This document shows, in pieces, positions 12,053 through 24,074 of a stretch of 64,000 bases of DNA. Numbering within the stretch: position 1 is the stretch's first letter; each line of letters opens with the position of its first letter. Both the position numbers and the translations under genes were made by a program. Source of the stretch: Sporopachydermia quercuum (Eukaryota); assembly GCA_001599295.1 (NCBI GenBank), contig BCGN01000001.1, positions 1,612,001-1,676,000 of the forward strand. Direction: 5' to 3'. A model generated the notes under the pieces. The model saw nothing but the letters and a program-made list of their open reading frames with translations, ran no database searches and was not told the origin of the DNA.

Positions 12053-13117
12053 TCAATCAGAATAGATCAAATCACGTAATAATCCTTGTTCATTTGCCTC
12101 TTCGATATCAGCAACATTACCAATAATCTCCTTATTTCTGACTAAACCAGGGAAACTACGACCTTTTGAATTCCACTTCCACAATCTTTTAGCCGCTTCA
12201 TCAGTTGCTAAATCAACATATTTGAAATCAATTCCATTAGCTTTCAGGATTGTTGCTAATCTATTTGTTTCAGAAACAATGTTTCTTGATGCTGAAGACA
12301 ATGAAGTGTACAAATAAACAGTATAATCAGCTTCTGGAGACTTCTTGGTAGTGCTTGAGTCACCAGAACTCTTTTCCTTAGTTTCATCATCGTTTTCAGT
12401 CTCCTTTTCATCATCGTCTCCATCATTTGGATCAATATGTTGTTGTTTCCTCAATCCACTTGGCTTCACACCAGGAATTCTTTCTGTAGTAGCTTGACGC
12501 ATAGTACCATCAACAGCAATTGTAGGCCGTTTTGTTTCAACTTGACTGTAAGCCTCTTCAATTACTTCTTCCATACCAGGTTCAGCTCCATCGAATTCAT
12601 GATCACCAACTAGTGCACCTTCGGATGCTAATTCATCTCTAGAAGGACTGACTTCTCTTGTTGCAGAATCATCTCTAATATACTTCAAATTAGGAGAATC
12701 AAACAAAGGTGATTTGTATCCTAAACGACCACCTTTTCTATCGTCGATTGAAAGATTTGATAACCCACCAACAGGNAATTTTGGCTTCAATTCTTCTTCA
12801 TACTCTTCAGGACTCTTCTTTTCACCATACGCAATTGCACTTTGGTTCATCACATCATCAACTGAAGGCTGCGATTGATTGGATATCGATGATGCATGTG
12901 ATAGTGAAACATAACCAGAAGAAGAGTCATTTTCACCTTTACTTGGAAATGGGTTAAAAGGACGATGTGGTGACAATGATACTTTTCTATTTGGTGATGC
13001 TGCTCTTGATGACAAACTATCAGAAGCTGATTTCAATCCTTCTTCCATTTCTTTTGTTGAAACAACTAAAGTTGATCCTCCTTCTGTTTCCAGTAACTTA
13101 TCAGAATCTTGGCCCAT
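12053..13117 (-). CDS. AIP5: Aip5-like protein with C-terminal SH3BGR/glutaredoxin-like domain, 354 aa
   Basis: C-terminus VYLYTSL...TNRLATILKANGIDF...DLATDEAAKRLW...GRSFPGLVR...IGN...IEEANE matches the Aip5/YFR016C C-terminal domain as recalled; acidic low-complexity N-terminus. Confidence 0.75.
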   Translation of the reverse strand: MGQDSDKLLETEGGSTLVVSTKEMEEGLKSASDSLSSRAASPNRKVSLSPHRPFNPFPSKGENDSSSGYVSLSHASSISNQSQPSVDDVMNQSAIAYGEKKSPEEYEEELKPKXPVGGLSNLSIDDRKGGRLGYKSPLFDSPNLKYIRDDSATREVSPSRDELASEGALVGDHEFDGAEPGMEEVIEEAYSQVETKRPTIAVDGTMRQATTERIPGVKPSGLRKQQHIDPNDGDDDEKETENDDETKEKSSGDSSTTKKSPEADYTVYLYTSLSSASRNIVSETNRLATILKANGIDFKYVDLATDEAAKRLWKWNSKGRSFPGLVRNKEIIGNVADIEEANEQGLLRDLIYSD

Positions 13118-15529
13118 TTTGAAACTAATAAAAGGATTGATTTAATTCAATAGAATTATAGAACTACAATAAATAAGCTCAGTTGCTACTGACTGGTTCA
13201 AGGCAGTGAGGAAACAGGCTGAACCGGATAATTGGCTTGATAAAAACACGTTTCTTTAATATGAATTAGACAATAACAAGATCTAACAACGAACGCAATA
13301 GTTGACAAACAAATGTGCAATTATTAGTTACAAAACAATAAGAAAAAGTCTGTGGTGTGATTGATTGATTATTCATACTAATAGTGATAATAAAGCAGTG
13401 TCATCAAAGAGAGGAACGAAATATGGAGAAAGTTTAGGCTGACTGGGAAGAGGAAGAAATAGAGTTTGAGGCTACTTTGAAAAATAGAGTAAGATATTGC
13501 CTAGTTGGGATTTTTAGTTGCATGTTGCGCCAAAGATTTCGGAAACGATATATGAATGGTTGATAAGAAAGTAAAAGTGATGCTTGATTGGAGAGAGTAT
13601 GTATGAAGCGGAGCATTTGATGAGAATTGGAAGCGTAACCGAAATAAATGAAGACGTTACGAACAAAATCACCAGTAGGCAAAAATATGAACAAGATGTT
13701 TAAGTCTGAGTACGAGAATTACTGGTATACTGTAGTTGAGAACAGACGACTATATGAAAGGAGGTAATGTGGTGATGCACTATCCAGCCGAATGTTGGGA
13801 TAAAAGGGAATAAATTTTAATGTTTAGCCCTTTTCGACTGAGAAAATAAAAATAAATGGAACAAACGAAAGAATTTTATGTCCAACATGCTTCAAGCCTC
13901 AACCAAGTGAATGGTACGGGTATTTTTCCGATCACTGGAGTTTTCATGAGCCTCATTACTTTTTGTTGGACAAGGATGTGACAATGGAATGTCCGGATAT
14001 TTTGGGTGGCAGTGTCATAAATTCTGAAGGAACCTAGTACTAATGAGAATAGATATTTTTAAGAGCTAATTTGGATCCTATTCTGAACATGTTATAATCT
14101 GAATTGTTTTTGAAACTCATTTCAGAGAGTAGCTAAAATACGTAACTCAAGTAGCAGTAATCGTGCTGTCGTGTCAATTGATCTAAGTCGCGTCCTTTAT
14201 CTCAGTTAGCGATCACATCATCATTAAATAATTTTTTCAAATAAGAAAAGAAAAATTTTAACTTTGTAATGATGCCAAATAAAGTTAGAGTTCAAACTAG
14301 ACTGGGAACTGCAGTTTTGGTATTGANCTTCATTTCCTAGCTCTCCCAGAAAATCTACAATAAGTCAACAGAATATAATCCGTTACCAAAATTTTTTTTT
14401 CAGTTATTGGCTACGCTATACCCTAACAATAGCAGTATCTAATCATAACCACCAGCCAGAAAAAGGTTTTGTATTTTGACTAATTCACGCAGCCAACTCA
14501 ACATTAGCCTCAACTTGTCACTCATCCACCCTCCTCCTTTATATGCACTAATATGCACATTTGGTGCACTTGTCCAACCTAATAAACTAATTTCAGTGAC
14601 GATATGATTACATAATCATTGAAAGGGCTGTTTCCTCTCATCAGCAAACATCTTCGTTACAACCGAATGTCCTCTTTTAAGACACATTAACAGTATCAAA
14701 CACTATTAATAGCCGTAAGTACGAACAACAGACAATCGGTGTTTCAACGGATCAATCAGTATTTTAGCTGAATCAACCACCTTGTAAACTGATGATTTAT
14801 CCTGTTAATCCTGGTTTATTGCTCGCTGGAGACTTGCTCAAAACACTGCAGAANGTTTAGTTGACAATCAGCTTGTTCAGACTCCTGAGGAGTCAATCAT
14901 AGCTGCCAAGCAAGCCTTAGGACTGAACATTCGGGTTTTATTCCCACATTCAAGACTTTTCTCTTGTTCAGTATCACCTGCAAGTATTTCAGCCTTTTTG
15001 TTGGAAAGAACAGAACAGAAAATCAACTCGAGACTGCTATTCCATTTAGATAATCACGGTTTTGTTTTATATGCAACACCTCTAATGTCAGACGTAAATG
15101 AGAGCTGGACTTTCGCATTTGTTTACTTTAGAATCACTGTTTTTGTTTTATCTTTTATTTCAACCTGCTGAGAACCAAGAAGTTTACATTCTTATTTGAA
15201 ATTTACTGTAATATATATTGATTGCTTGGTCTTTTACAAGAATTCGCGTCTGCTAGAACCAGCAAGCAATTGGATATCTGCAGAAGCATATTTGCACCAC
15301 ATCACTGTTGTATTAAATCAACACAACCGTCAAGTAACAAACAAATAACAAGTGAAAGATATACAAAATATTACACGCTCATTGTTACAGCAGTTAAACT
15401 TTGTATTTAGAGTGGCTATACATTAACTTCATACCACACCACTCTGCTCTTGCTTCTATACACTAAACTACAGCCAAATGCAATATACCTTAACGAAATA
15501 TCAGAGAATCATCACAAGAAAATCTCAAA

Positions 15530-18500
15530 ATGCATATATCGTTTTGGGACAAAATTAAAGCCAGGATTGCCAAACGGCAGATCAGAATTGGAATACGAAC
15601 TCAGCTAATAAGTTTAGTATGTATCTCAGTGCTATTCTCCTTGATGATCCTTTCCATTGTGTCTGGTATCTACAATTCAAATAATGTTTTAACCTTACGA
15701 CAGGAGAGGCTAGAAGTAATGGCACAACTGAAAGCTTCACAAATACAACAATCATTTCTAAGTACTTATTACCAAATCTACTGGTATTCTTCAAGAGACG
15801 ATTTGCAACAACCTTTGGTATCTGTTCAAGCTGGCAACACTTCTGAGACATTGATCAGCCAAATAGCAACTGCAGCTCAAACGTTTGTCGATACGTCAGA
15901 CAATTTCTATGGTGGTGCTGTTTACGATTTGGGATTTAATGAGATTGTAGCTACTAGAAACAATTTTTCTAATGTCAACATAACAGAGGATCTTTATGAC
16001 ATTCTTTTCCCATTGAATTCTAATTTCTCTGCTCCTTCGGTGCTCTATGATAGTGGTGGACTTATCAGTGGTCCTTTCTTTGTTGGAAACTATAGTTATG
16101 CCATGTCTATATCTGTTCCAATTTACGCAAACACTTCGGTGCTTATACAACAAAAATTTGCTGCTGGATACATTACTGTGGCTGTGAATGCTGATACTAT
16201 CTATTCTGCTGTTAACGATACAACAGGTATTCAACAAGGCCAAGTGGTCATGCTGGAAGGTCTATATGGCAATATGTCATACCAAACACCTGAGTATCCA
16301 AATATAACAAACTTCCGTTACGTTTTCAACCCCAATGATTATGACTACAGTATACTAGAGGATTCATTTCCTATTGAAAGTTACCGACCTGCTCAGAACG
16401 CATTAGTTTCCAATGCTTCCGGCACTCAAGTAGATATCACTAATCCATTAGGCGAGAAAGTAGCTGTTGGGTACTCACAAGTAGGCCTACCTGCTATCTC
16501 TTGGGCGGCTGTGGTTGAACAACCTCAATATGATTTTATGCTACCCAGTAGACAATTAACATCCATGATTGTTGGAACTGTTTTAGGAGTTGCTGTGTTC
16601 ATGTGTGTTTTGACTCTTCCAATAGCTCATTTTGCTGTGAGACCTATTTTGAACCTGAAAAGAGCAACTGAACAAACCACCAATTACCGCATACAACAAG
16701 AGAAGCTGATGGAAGAATACGAGTACAATAACCAAGTAGGAAACAAACCTTCATCGGGCGAAGGTCCCGGCGGGGCTGGGGGAGGAAGCGGGACCGGAAA
16801 CGATAATGGATATGATGGAGATAATGATGAATCAGACTCGGAAATCGGGAATGGGGAGAAACCGGGAGACACTCAGGAGAGGAGAGTCCATACACCGGTA
16901 GGCTCCGGAGGTAGAGCTAGTACTACAACTTCTTCAGCCACTGCTACAGGAACTGATGTTGGAAGCCGCAATAATGATTCTACTCATTATAAAAAGCATT
17001 TTAAGTTTAGTGGTAAGCTAAGACGGAAGCTGAAGCGGGGCCACCCAGGAGGATACTCTCCGTCTATTAGAATTGATTCCTATGTAGCAGATCCAGAGAA
17101 ACAAACAACCGTAGCAGTTTGCCCTGCCGAGGTAGAAATAGAAGAGAATCTACACCCATACGCCATATCTAATCCTCGGCCTTCATCAACATCTCCCTCA
17201 CCGGTTACTCCCGGCTTCCGAATTCCGTCCCGCATTCCAGAAACCGGGAGATTGATTCGGGACGAACTTACCGAGCTTACGACGACTTTCAATATGATGA
17301 CGGATGAATTAGAGAAACAGTACAATCATTTAGAAGATCGGGTTCGCGATAGAACTCGGGAACTGGAAAAGGCTAAACTCCAAGCTGAAAGCGCAAATGA
17401 AGCGAAAACTGTCTTTATGGCTAATATATCTCATGAATTGCGTACTCCGCTTAATGGTATTCTTGGTATGACTGAAATTGCCATTGCAGAGAGAGACGTT
17501 TCAAAGATTCGACAATCATTGAAACTGATCTTCAGATCGGGGGAATTATTACTTCATATTCTTACTGAATTGCTTACATTCTCAAAGAATCAAGTGAAAA
17601 CTACTAAGCTAGANCCTAGAGAGTTCTTAGTATTAGAAGTTGCTATGCAGGTGAAATCTATCTTCTCCAAGCTGTCTCAGGATCAGAAAGTAGCACTTTC
17701 TATTCAATTGATACCTCAAGCATTAGAACGAATGGCATTAATGGGAGATTCCAATCGTATTATACAGATTGTGATGAATTTGGTTTCCAATTCAATCAAA
17801 TTCACTCCAGAATATGGTGCTGTTGAAGTCCGAATCCGTTTAGTGGGAGAATATGATGAAGAAGAAAGTAGGAAAAGTGGATTTAAGTTTGTGAGTGTGA
17901 AAAAGAACTCTGGGACAGTTCAAGCAATGTTTAAAGAATTTTCTAATGTGAAATCTGTTTACTCCAGCATGGAAGCAATTCGTCAAGCTAAGGAGTTTGC
18001 AGAGTCTCCAGTGTCTGCTACTATATCAGAGGGAAATGAGGAAAAGCAAACAACAAGTTATCATGAAACAGATAATAGCGATAGTACTAACGGCAGTAGT
18101 AGTGGCCGCACTAAACGAGCAGTTAACAACAGGTCAGACTTCCCTAAAAAGCACATTGGAGCTTATTTAGAGGCCAATGATGCTTATGAAGACGAGTTAT
18201 ATGAAGATATCGTGTCCCAGATGTCAGGAAAATCCGAATTAATACCTGGTTCTGCATCAGTCTACGGGGACTCTCTCGAGCGGAGTTCGCGAGATGATAC
18301 TGATGCTGTTAGCCATAGATCACGTAATCAGAAATCTTTTCTGAAAAGACCAGGGGCACATGGCGAGACTGCGTCTCATTCGAATACTAAAGGAAGATTT
18401 AGAACAAAGATTAAACCAATTGAACCGAAAACTTATGTATTTGAATTCGAAGTTGAAGATACAGGACCAGGAATTGCCCCTGATTTACAACAGAAAGTGT

Positions 18501-19939
18501 TTGAGCCGTTTGTTCAAGGAGATCAGACTCTATCAAGACAATATGGTGGTACAGGTCTTGGGCTTTCTATCTGCAAACAGCTAGCTGCTTTGATGCATGG
18601 TGAAATGCAGCTAAAATCCACTCTTGGACTGGGCTCTACATTTACCTTTAGAGTACCTTTAATGCAAGTGAAAGAAGTAGAGGTTACGAAAGCTGGTTCT
18701 GATGATGGAACTAACGACAGCGATTCTGGAGAACAGACGTTTGAACAAGAAATCGATGAAGAGTTAGACCATGCTAATGAGGACGATTCAGAATCAGGAG
18801 ATGGTCAATCAAGGAAAGGCGCAGAAGAGCAAAATGTTTCACTTCCAGTTCCTGTTACTATGAAACTTGCTGGCAAATCGTTATTGAAGAGAAAATCTAA
18901 TTTTGAGTTAGGTAAAGTCGATCCCCGTATTATTTCCGATTCTAAGACTAGTTTAGATAAAGATGTAGAAGATACCGAAATGATATTGGAAAAAGATAAG
19001 AAAATGGTTTCCAATGCCGAAGAAGATGTAACTTCTGAAATTACTGGCGTATCAGAGAATCAACCTGTGAACGAATCTACTACGGGAGATTCTCCCATCG
19101 GATTAGAAATAACGGAAACTACAGGTTCGAATCAAACAAATATCGTGGATAGTGTGGAATCACCAAGTACGATATCGTCTTCATCGTTGTCTCCAAATAT
19201 TGAACAAGAAGCTTTGAATGCTACGTCAAATGCCGATACTAAATCATCTACTTCTGGTGCTACAATCAGCAGAAGACGAGGAAGAAGTCTTCGTTTACCA
19301 AAAGCAACGTTTGAAGCAGCCAAATCAGCATCAATGTTTTCTGGAGGGTCGTATGAACAAGGAAAGGAAGGACACGATTCGACAACTAACCGTCCTGAGC
19401 AAGTATCTCCTGGTACCTTAGGAATTCTTTCACCGTCCATTTTAAAGATTCTGATTGCTGAAGACAATAAGGTAAATCAGGAGGTTATCAAAAGAATGCT
19501 TAAGATTGATGGATTTCAAGATCTGACTTTTGTTAATGATGGACGAGAAGCTATTGATACTATTAGAGTGGCCGTGGAAACTGATAGTTTATATGATATA
19601 GTATTTATGGATGTTCAAATGCCAAAAGTTGATGGTATCCAGGCAACAAAAGTGATTAGACAAGAGTTAGGATTCAAGAATCCCATTATTGCTTTAACAG
19701 CCTTTGCCGATGAAAGTAATGTGAATGTTTGCTTAGAGGCTGGTATGGATGCTTTTGTTGCAAAGCCTATTAGAAGACATCAGCTACACGAAGTATTGAA
19801 GAAGGTTTATCCTTTGGCCAAAATGTCAGATTTCATGCTTGTTCCTGTTGGTAGAAAAGATGGAGGAGGAAGTTCGGGTCAGAAGAGTTTGAGTAGTGAG
19901 GGAACAAAAAGAAGTAGAGGAAGAAGGTCAATTGACTAA
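15530..19939 (+). CDS. SLN1: Osmosensing hybrid histidine kinase Sln1, 1469 aa
   Basis: Two TM segments flanking an extracellular domain rich in N-x-S/T sequons, HAMP, H-box FMANISHELRTPLNG, N-box NLVSNSIKFT, DTGPGI and GGTGLGL, receiver domain DIVFMDVQMP. Confidence 0.95.
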   Translation: MHISFWDKIKARIAKRQIRIGIRTQLISLVCISVLFSLMILSIVSGIYNSNNVLTLRQERLEVMAQLKASQIQQSFLSTYYQIYWYSSRDDLQQPLVSVQAGNTSETLISQIATAAQTFVDTSDNFYGGAVYDLGFNEIVATRNNFSNVNITEDLYDILFPLNSNFSAPSVLYDSGGLISGPFFVGNYSYAMSISVPIYANTSVLIQQKFAAGYITVAVNADTIYSAVNDTTGIQQGQVVMLEGLYGNMSYQTPEYPNITNFRYVFNPNDYDYSILEDSFPIESYRPAQNALVSNASGTQVDITNPLGEKVAVGYSQVGLPAISWAAVVEQPQYDFMLPSRQLTSMIVGTVLGVAVFMCVLTLPIAHFAVRPILNLKRATEQTTNYRIQQEKLMEEYEYNNQVGNKPSSGEGPGGAGGGSGTGNDNGYDGDNDESDSEIGNGEKPGDTQERRVHTPVGSGGRASTTTSSATATGTDVGSRNNDSTHYKKHFKFSGKLRRKLKRGHPGGYSPSIRIDSYVADPEKQTTVAVCPAEVEIEENLHPYAISNPRPSSTSPSPVTPGFRIPSRIPETGRLIRDELTELTTTFNMMTDELEKQYNHLEDRVRDRTRELEKAKLQAESANEAKTVFMANISHELRTPLNGILGMTEIAIAERDVSKIRQSLKLIFRSGELLLHILTELLTFSKNQVKTTKLXPREFLVLEVAMQVKSIFSKLSQDQKVALSIQLIPQALERMALMGDSNRIIQIVMNLVSNSIKFTPEYGAVEVRIRLVGEYDEEESRKSGFKFVSVKKNSGTVQAMFKEFSNVKSVYSSMEAIRQAKEFAESPVSATISEGNEEKQTTSYHETDNSDSTNGSSSGRTKRAVNNRSDFPKKHIGAYLEANDAYEDELYEDIVSQMSGKSELIPGSASVYGDSLERSSRDDTDAVSHRSRNQKSFLKRPGAHGETASHSNTKGRFRTKIKPIEPKTYVFEFEVEDTGPGIAPDLQQKVFEPFVQGDQTLSRQYGGTGLGLSICKQLAALMHGEMQLKSTLGLGSTFTFRVPLMQVKEVEVTKAGSDDGTNDSDSGEQTFEQEIDEELDHANEDDSESGDGQSRKGAEEQNVSLPVPVTMKLAGKSLLKRKSNFELGKVDPRIISDSKTSLDKDVEDTEMILEKDKKMVSNAEEDVTSEITGVSENQPVNESTTGDSPIGLEITETTGSNQTNIVDSVESPSTISSSSLSPNIEQEALNATSNADTKSSTSGATISRRRGRSLRLPKATFEAAKSASMFSGGSYEQGKEGHDSTTNRPEQVSPGTLGILSPSILKILIAEDNKVNQEVIKRMLKIDGFQDLTFVNDGREAIDTIRVAVETDSLYDIVFMDVQMPKVDGIQATKVIRQELGFKNPIIALTAFADESNVNVCLEAGMDAFVAKPIRRHQLHEVLKKVYPLAKMSDFMLVPVGRKDGGGSSGQKSLSSEGTKRSRGRRSID

Positions 19940-20532
19940 TGATTTGTAGAAGAATTGTATTATTGTTTCAAATGAAAAGGATAGTATACTAGGAATTAGT
20001 GAATTTATACCAAATAAACAGGTTAGTTTTTATAAAGAGCATTCTTGGGTAGACATCAGTAGCTACGTAGGAAGAGATAGATGGGTTGAAGGAAATTGTT
20101 ACTGTAGATACAAAAACAATCGGTAATAGCAAGCGATGAGTCAAAGAAATAAATAATAGGTCACTCGTTATAATGACTTGTGCCTCCATTCGAAATTTCC
20201 GTAATTCAAGGAGCGAATATAAATGAATACTTGATCACTTGAAAGATTGATTGATCGACTGACATGCTGATACTATAAACAGCTTACATACAACTTCCCA
20301 TACATTTCATTCATAAACTACATATCCAAAGTTAACTGTGATTAACTGTGATGTTTATTAAATTCAAAGAAGAATTATTTCTATGTAATGAAAAAAATAT
20401 GAATCAATACCAACTCATATTATCCACCAGAAATTTGACATTAGAGAACTGTCATAAAAATATAGCTTCAAAGTTTCAATTCCACATAAAAAAACCCAAC
20501 TTTGATAAAGACGTGATAAGGAGCGAAACCAT

Positions 20533-21404
<872 letters not shown>

Positions 21405-21411
21405 CCTGAAT

Positions 21412-21540
21412 CTATAACAATCGTTAGTAAACTTGAACTATTTGGATAACTCGTTCTATCAACGCGATGGAACCACTTGGTTTACAGGATAGGGTAGCTC
21501 TATCGTTCATTTCCCATTCGTGCGGAAAATGATAACTTAC
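21412..21540 (-). other. 5'UTR spliceosomal intron of RPL40 (129 nt)
   Basis: GTAAGT at 21540 and TACTAAC-GATTGTTA-TAG ending at 21412, 7 nt before the ATG. Confidence 0.8.
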
Positions 21541-22127
21541 TATTTATTGTTATCCTTGTAACTTGGGATGATGATTCTTCAAAGAAAACAAAGACGTAAA
21601 GCAAACAAAACAGTACAAGCAATACTACGTCCCTATTCAATAGAAGTTAAGGAGTTGTAAGTAAGTAAAGTATTACTAGCTCTGAATGGCGGCAGTTCCC
21701 ATACAATCATTCGGAGTCACTAAGCTCTGACAGGTGCGTGGTTTTCCTGGTCGTTGCGTGGGTTCTCCGTTAGTTGAATAAATTCTGAAGTGTAAATTGT
21801 GAGAGTACTAATCCGGACAGAGAGATACATAAGGTATGCGTAAATGTAGGCATTAGGTCACATAAACACGTGATATAAATTAGGCTATAACGGACTATTA
21901 AAATTATTCTAATTAAATACTACGTAATCACAAAGTTCTTGTTTTTCACAGCTATCTCCTGGTATAAAGAATTTGATGGATGATAAATAGGTTGATTTGG
22001 AATTGATAAGAATTGCAGAAGATCATGTTTCTTCTATTATGATTACCTGTTTCTTCTTTTATGATATTAACTTTATAATATTCCATTAAATGGAGTGAGC
22101 GAATCTCTCACACTAAGTGGCAAATGC

Positions 22128-24074
22128 TCAGTCTGAGCTTTTCAAATCCTTCTCCACCATCATTCGACAAATGGGATGATAAAACTTTCTATTCTTCTCG
22201 AATGTTTGTTTAGCAAGGTTCAAGTCAGCAGATTTTAAACTTCTAAAACCAGGCCGAACAAATTTCATTCTTCCAACAGTTCCTAACCAATTGGCTAACT
22301 CTTGATATACAGACCCTTCCTGTCCCAGTATGTTCAGTCTATACCATCTAGATAACACCTCTGAGTTCTTAGAAGTTACTATTGAAGGATATAACTCTCT
22401 CATAGATTTTATTGCTAATTGATAATCAGCCCAGTTGAAATTTGGCTTTCCTTCGATCAGTTTCTCTAAAAACACAACATTCTGATTGGCACTAAACGTT
22501 GCAATATCATCTTTAGTGAATATATCTAAGTAATACTCTAGTATTTTGTCCTTATTTCCTAAATCTATAGAACCTTCCGATACAGAGATCCACCTATCTG
22601 CTAGCTTGTAGCATTCATCAACAAGAGATGTGTCAAAGTTTGGAGTAACTGGAGGCATTCCTGTTTCAAATAACCATTTATCCCATTCAATTGTATCTAA
22701 TTGTTCAACAGCACCAGGAGCATCTTTGAAATATCCATACAAAGTATCTAGAAATTGGTAAGTATCTAATGATTGAGATTTGAATTTATTAAAATAGAAT
22801 GGAATAAAAGGATCGAATTTCTCCTTTCCAAGCTTTGTTTCGATCAAGAATAATAAATTTGACCCTTTTTCGTAAGGAACAACAGAAAATGCATCATCCG
22901 GATCTTTTGATCCTTTTAAATCAACTACCAATTTAGTATATTCATTATCAGCACCCATGTTTTCAATTGACTTTTTCAATTCAGTCCAACCGATAATAGC
23001 CGAGAAATGCCTTGTTGCTTCACCGTGAATAGCACCAACGATTCTTCTTTCTAGATAAACGGTCCAGCCTTCATTCAGCCAAAAGTGCTCCCAGGAGCAA
23101 TTCGTAACAAGATTACCACTCCAAGAATGTGCCAATTCATGAGCAATAACATCAACATTCTCCCTATCGCCAGAAATTAATGTAGGTGTAGCAAATGTAA
23201 TGTTTGGATTTTCCATACCACCGTAAGGAAAAGAAGGTGGTAGAACTAGTACATTGTAAGTTTTCCATTCGTAAGGGAAAACTAGGTTTTCTGCTGTTTG
23301 AATGAAAGGTTCAACATCAGCTTCAAACTCATGTTTACAAGCAGCTAGATCANTAGGTTCTGTATATACTTTTGATCGAGGGCCTATTGATTCAGAAGCA
23401 ATATCGCCGGAAGCAATGGCAAATAAATATGAAGCAATAGGAACATGCTGACGAAACCTGTAAAGTAAAAGACCGTCATTTCCTTCAATTGGTTCCGGAT
23501 TGCCAACAGGATTTCCACTGGAAACACAGGGATATTTCGATGTGATTCCGATATCAAAAGTAGATTTAATAGAAGGAGTGTCAAAACAAGGATACAACGA
23601 TCTTGCATGAATTGCTTGACATTGTGAAAACATATATGGCTCTTTCTTACCGACGGTTTGTTCAGCTTTGAACCATTGCAGCGCAGTACAACTATCTGTA
23701 GTAGCATAAGTAACTATTATAGTCAACTCATCTCCAACAACTGCAGACTTCTCTTGGAGCAAGAGAATTGAAAGCTTAGAGCCAAAAGGCTCTTTTCTTT
23801 CTCCCAAATGATAAGAAACCTTTTTTCCATTGACTTGCACTGATTGAATGTCTAGGAATGAAGTATCCAGAACAACTTCTTTAGTTGGTTTGACAACTTT
23901 CAGATTAAAGGTCACATTTCCTTTGCAAGCATCAGCATCAAAATCAATCTTCAGATCTATTACTGTGTTCAGCACATTGAAAGACTTGTAGTTTGATTGA
24001 GTTGAAGGATCAACCTCTGGTTCAGTTTGGAGCCTGTCATTGAGCAATTGTTTAACAAATATGTTACTAGTCAT
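22128..24074 (-). CDS. LAP2: Leukotriene A4 hydrolase-like M1 aminopeptidase, 648 aa from first AUG
   Basis: GGMEN, HELAH-(18)-E zinc motif (HFWLNEGWT), SQCQAIHARS, GRMKFVRP. The frame stays open upstream to 24350 without an ATG. Confidence 0.95.
   Translation of the reverse strand: MTSNIFVKQLLNDRLQTEPEVDPSTQSNYKSFNVLNTVIDLKIDFDADACKGNVTFNLKVVKPTKEVVLDTSFLDIQSVQVNGKKVSYHLGERKEPFGSKLSILLLQEKSAVVGDELTIIVTYATTDSCTALQWFKAEQTVGKKEPYMFSQCQAIHARSLYPCFDTPSIKSTFDIGITSKYPCVSSGNPVGNPEPIEGNDGLLLYRFRQHVPIASYLFAIASGDIASESIGPRSKVYTEPXDLAACKHEFEADVEPFIQTAENLVFPYEWKTYNVLVLPPSFPYGGMENPNITFATPTLISGDRENVDVIAHELAHSWSGNLVTNCSWEHFWLNEGWTVYLERRIVGAIHGEATRHFSAIIGWTELKKSIENMGADNEYTKLVVDLKGSKDPDDAFSVVPYEKGSNLLFLIETKLGKEKFDPFIPFYFNKFKSQSLDTYQFLDTLYGYFKDAPGAVEQLDTIEWDKWLFETGMPPVTPNFDTSLVDECYKLADRWISVSEGSIDLGNKDKILEYYLDIFTKDDIATFSANQNVVFLEKLIEGKPNFNWADYQLAIKSMRELYPSIVTSKNSEVLSRWYRLNILGQEGSVYQELANWLGTVGRMKFVRPGFRSLKSADLNLAKQTFEKNRKFYHPICRMMVEKDLKSSD

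Noticed and set aside
13118..15529. Hidden gene or snoRNA in the 2.4-kb AIP5/SLN1 divergent gap
   Set aside because: Only short non-ATG ORFs; TGATGA (14790) and CTGA (14885) lack terminal stems or a recognisable rRNA guide; GTAAGT (14715) has no clear branch point.
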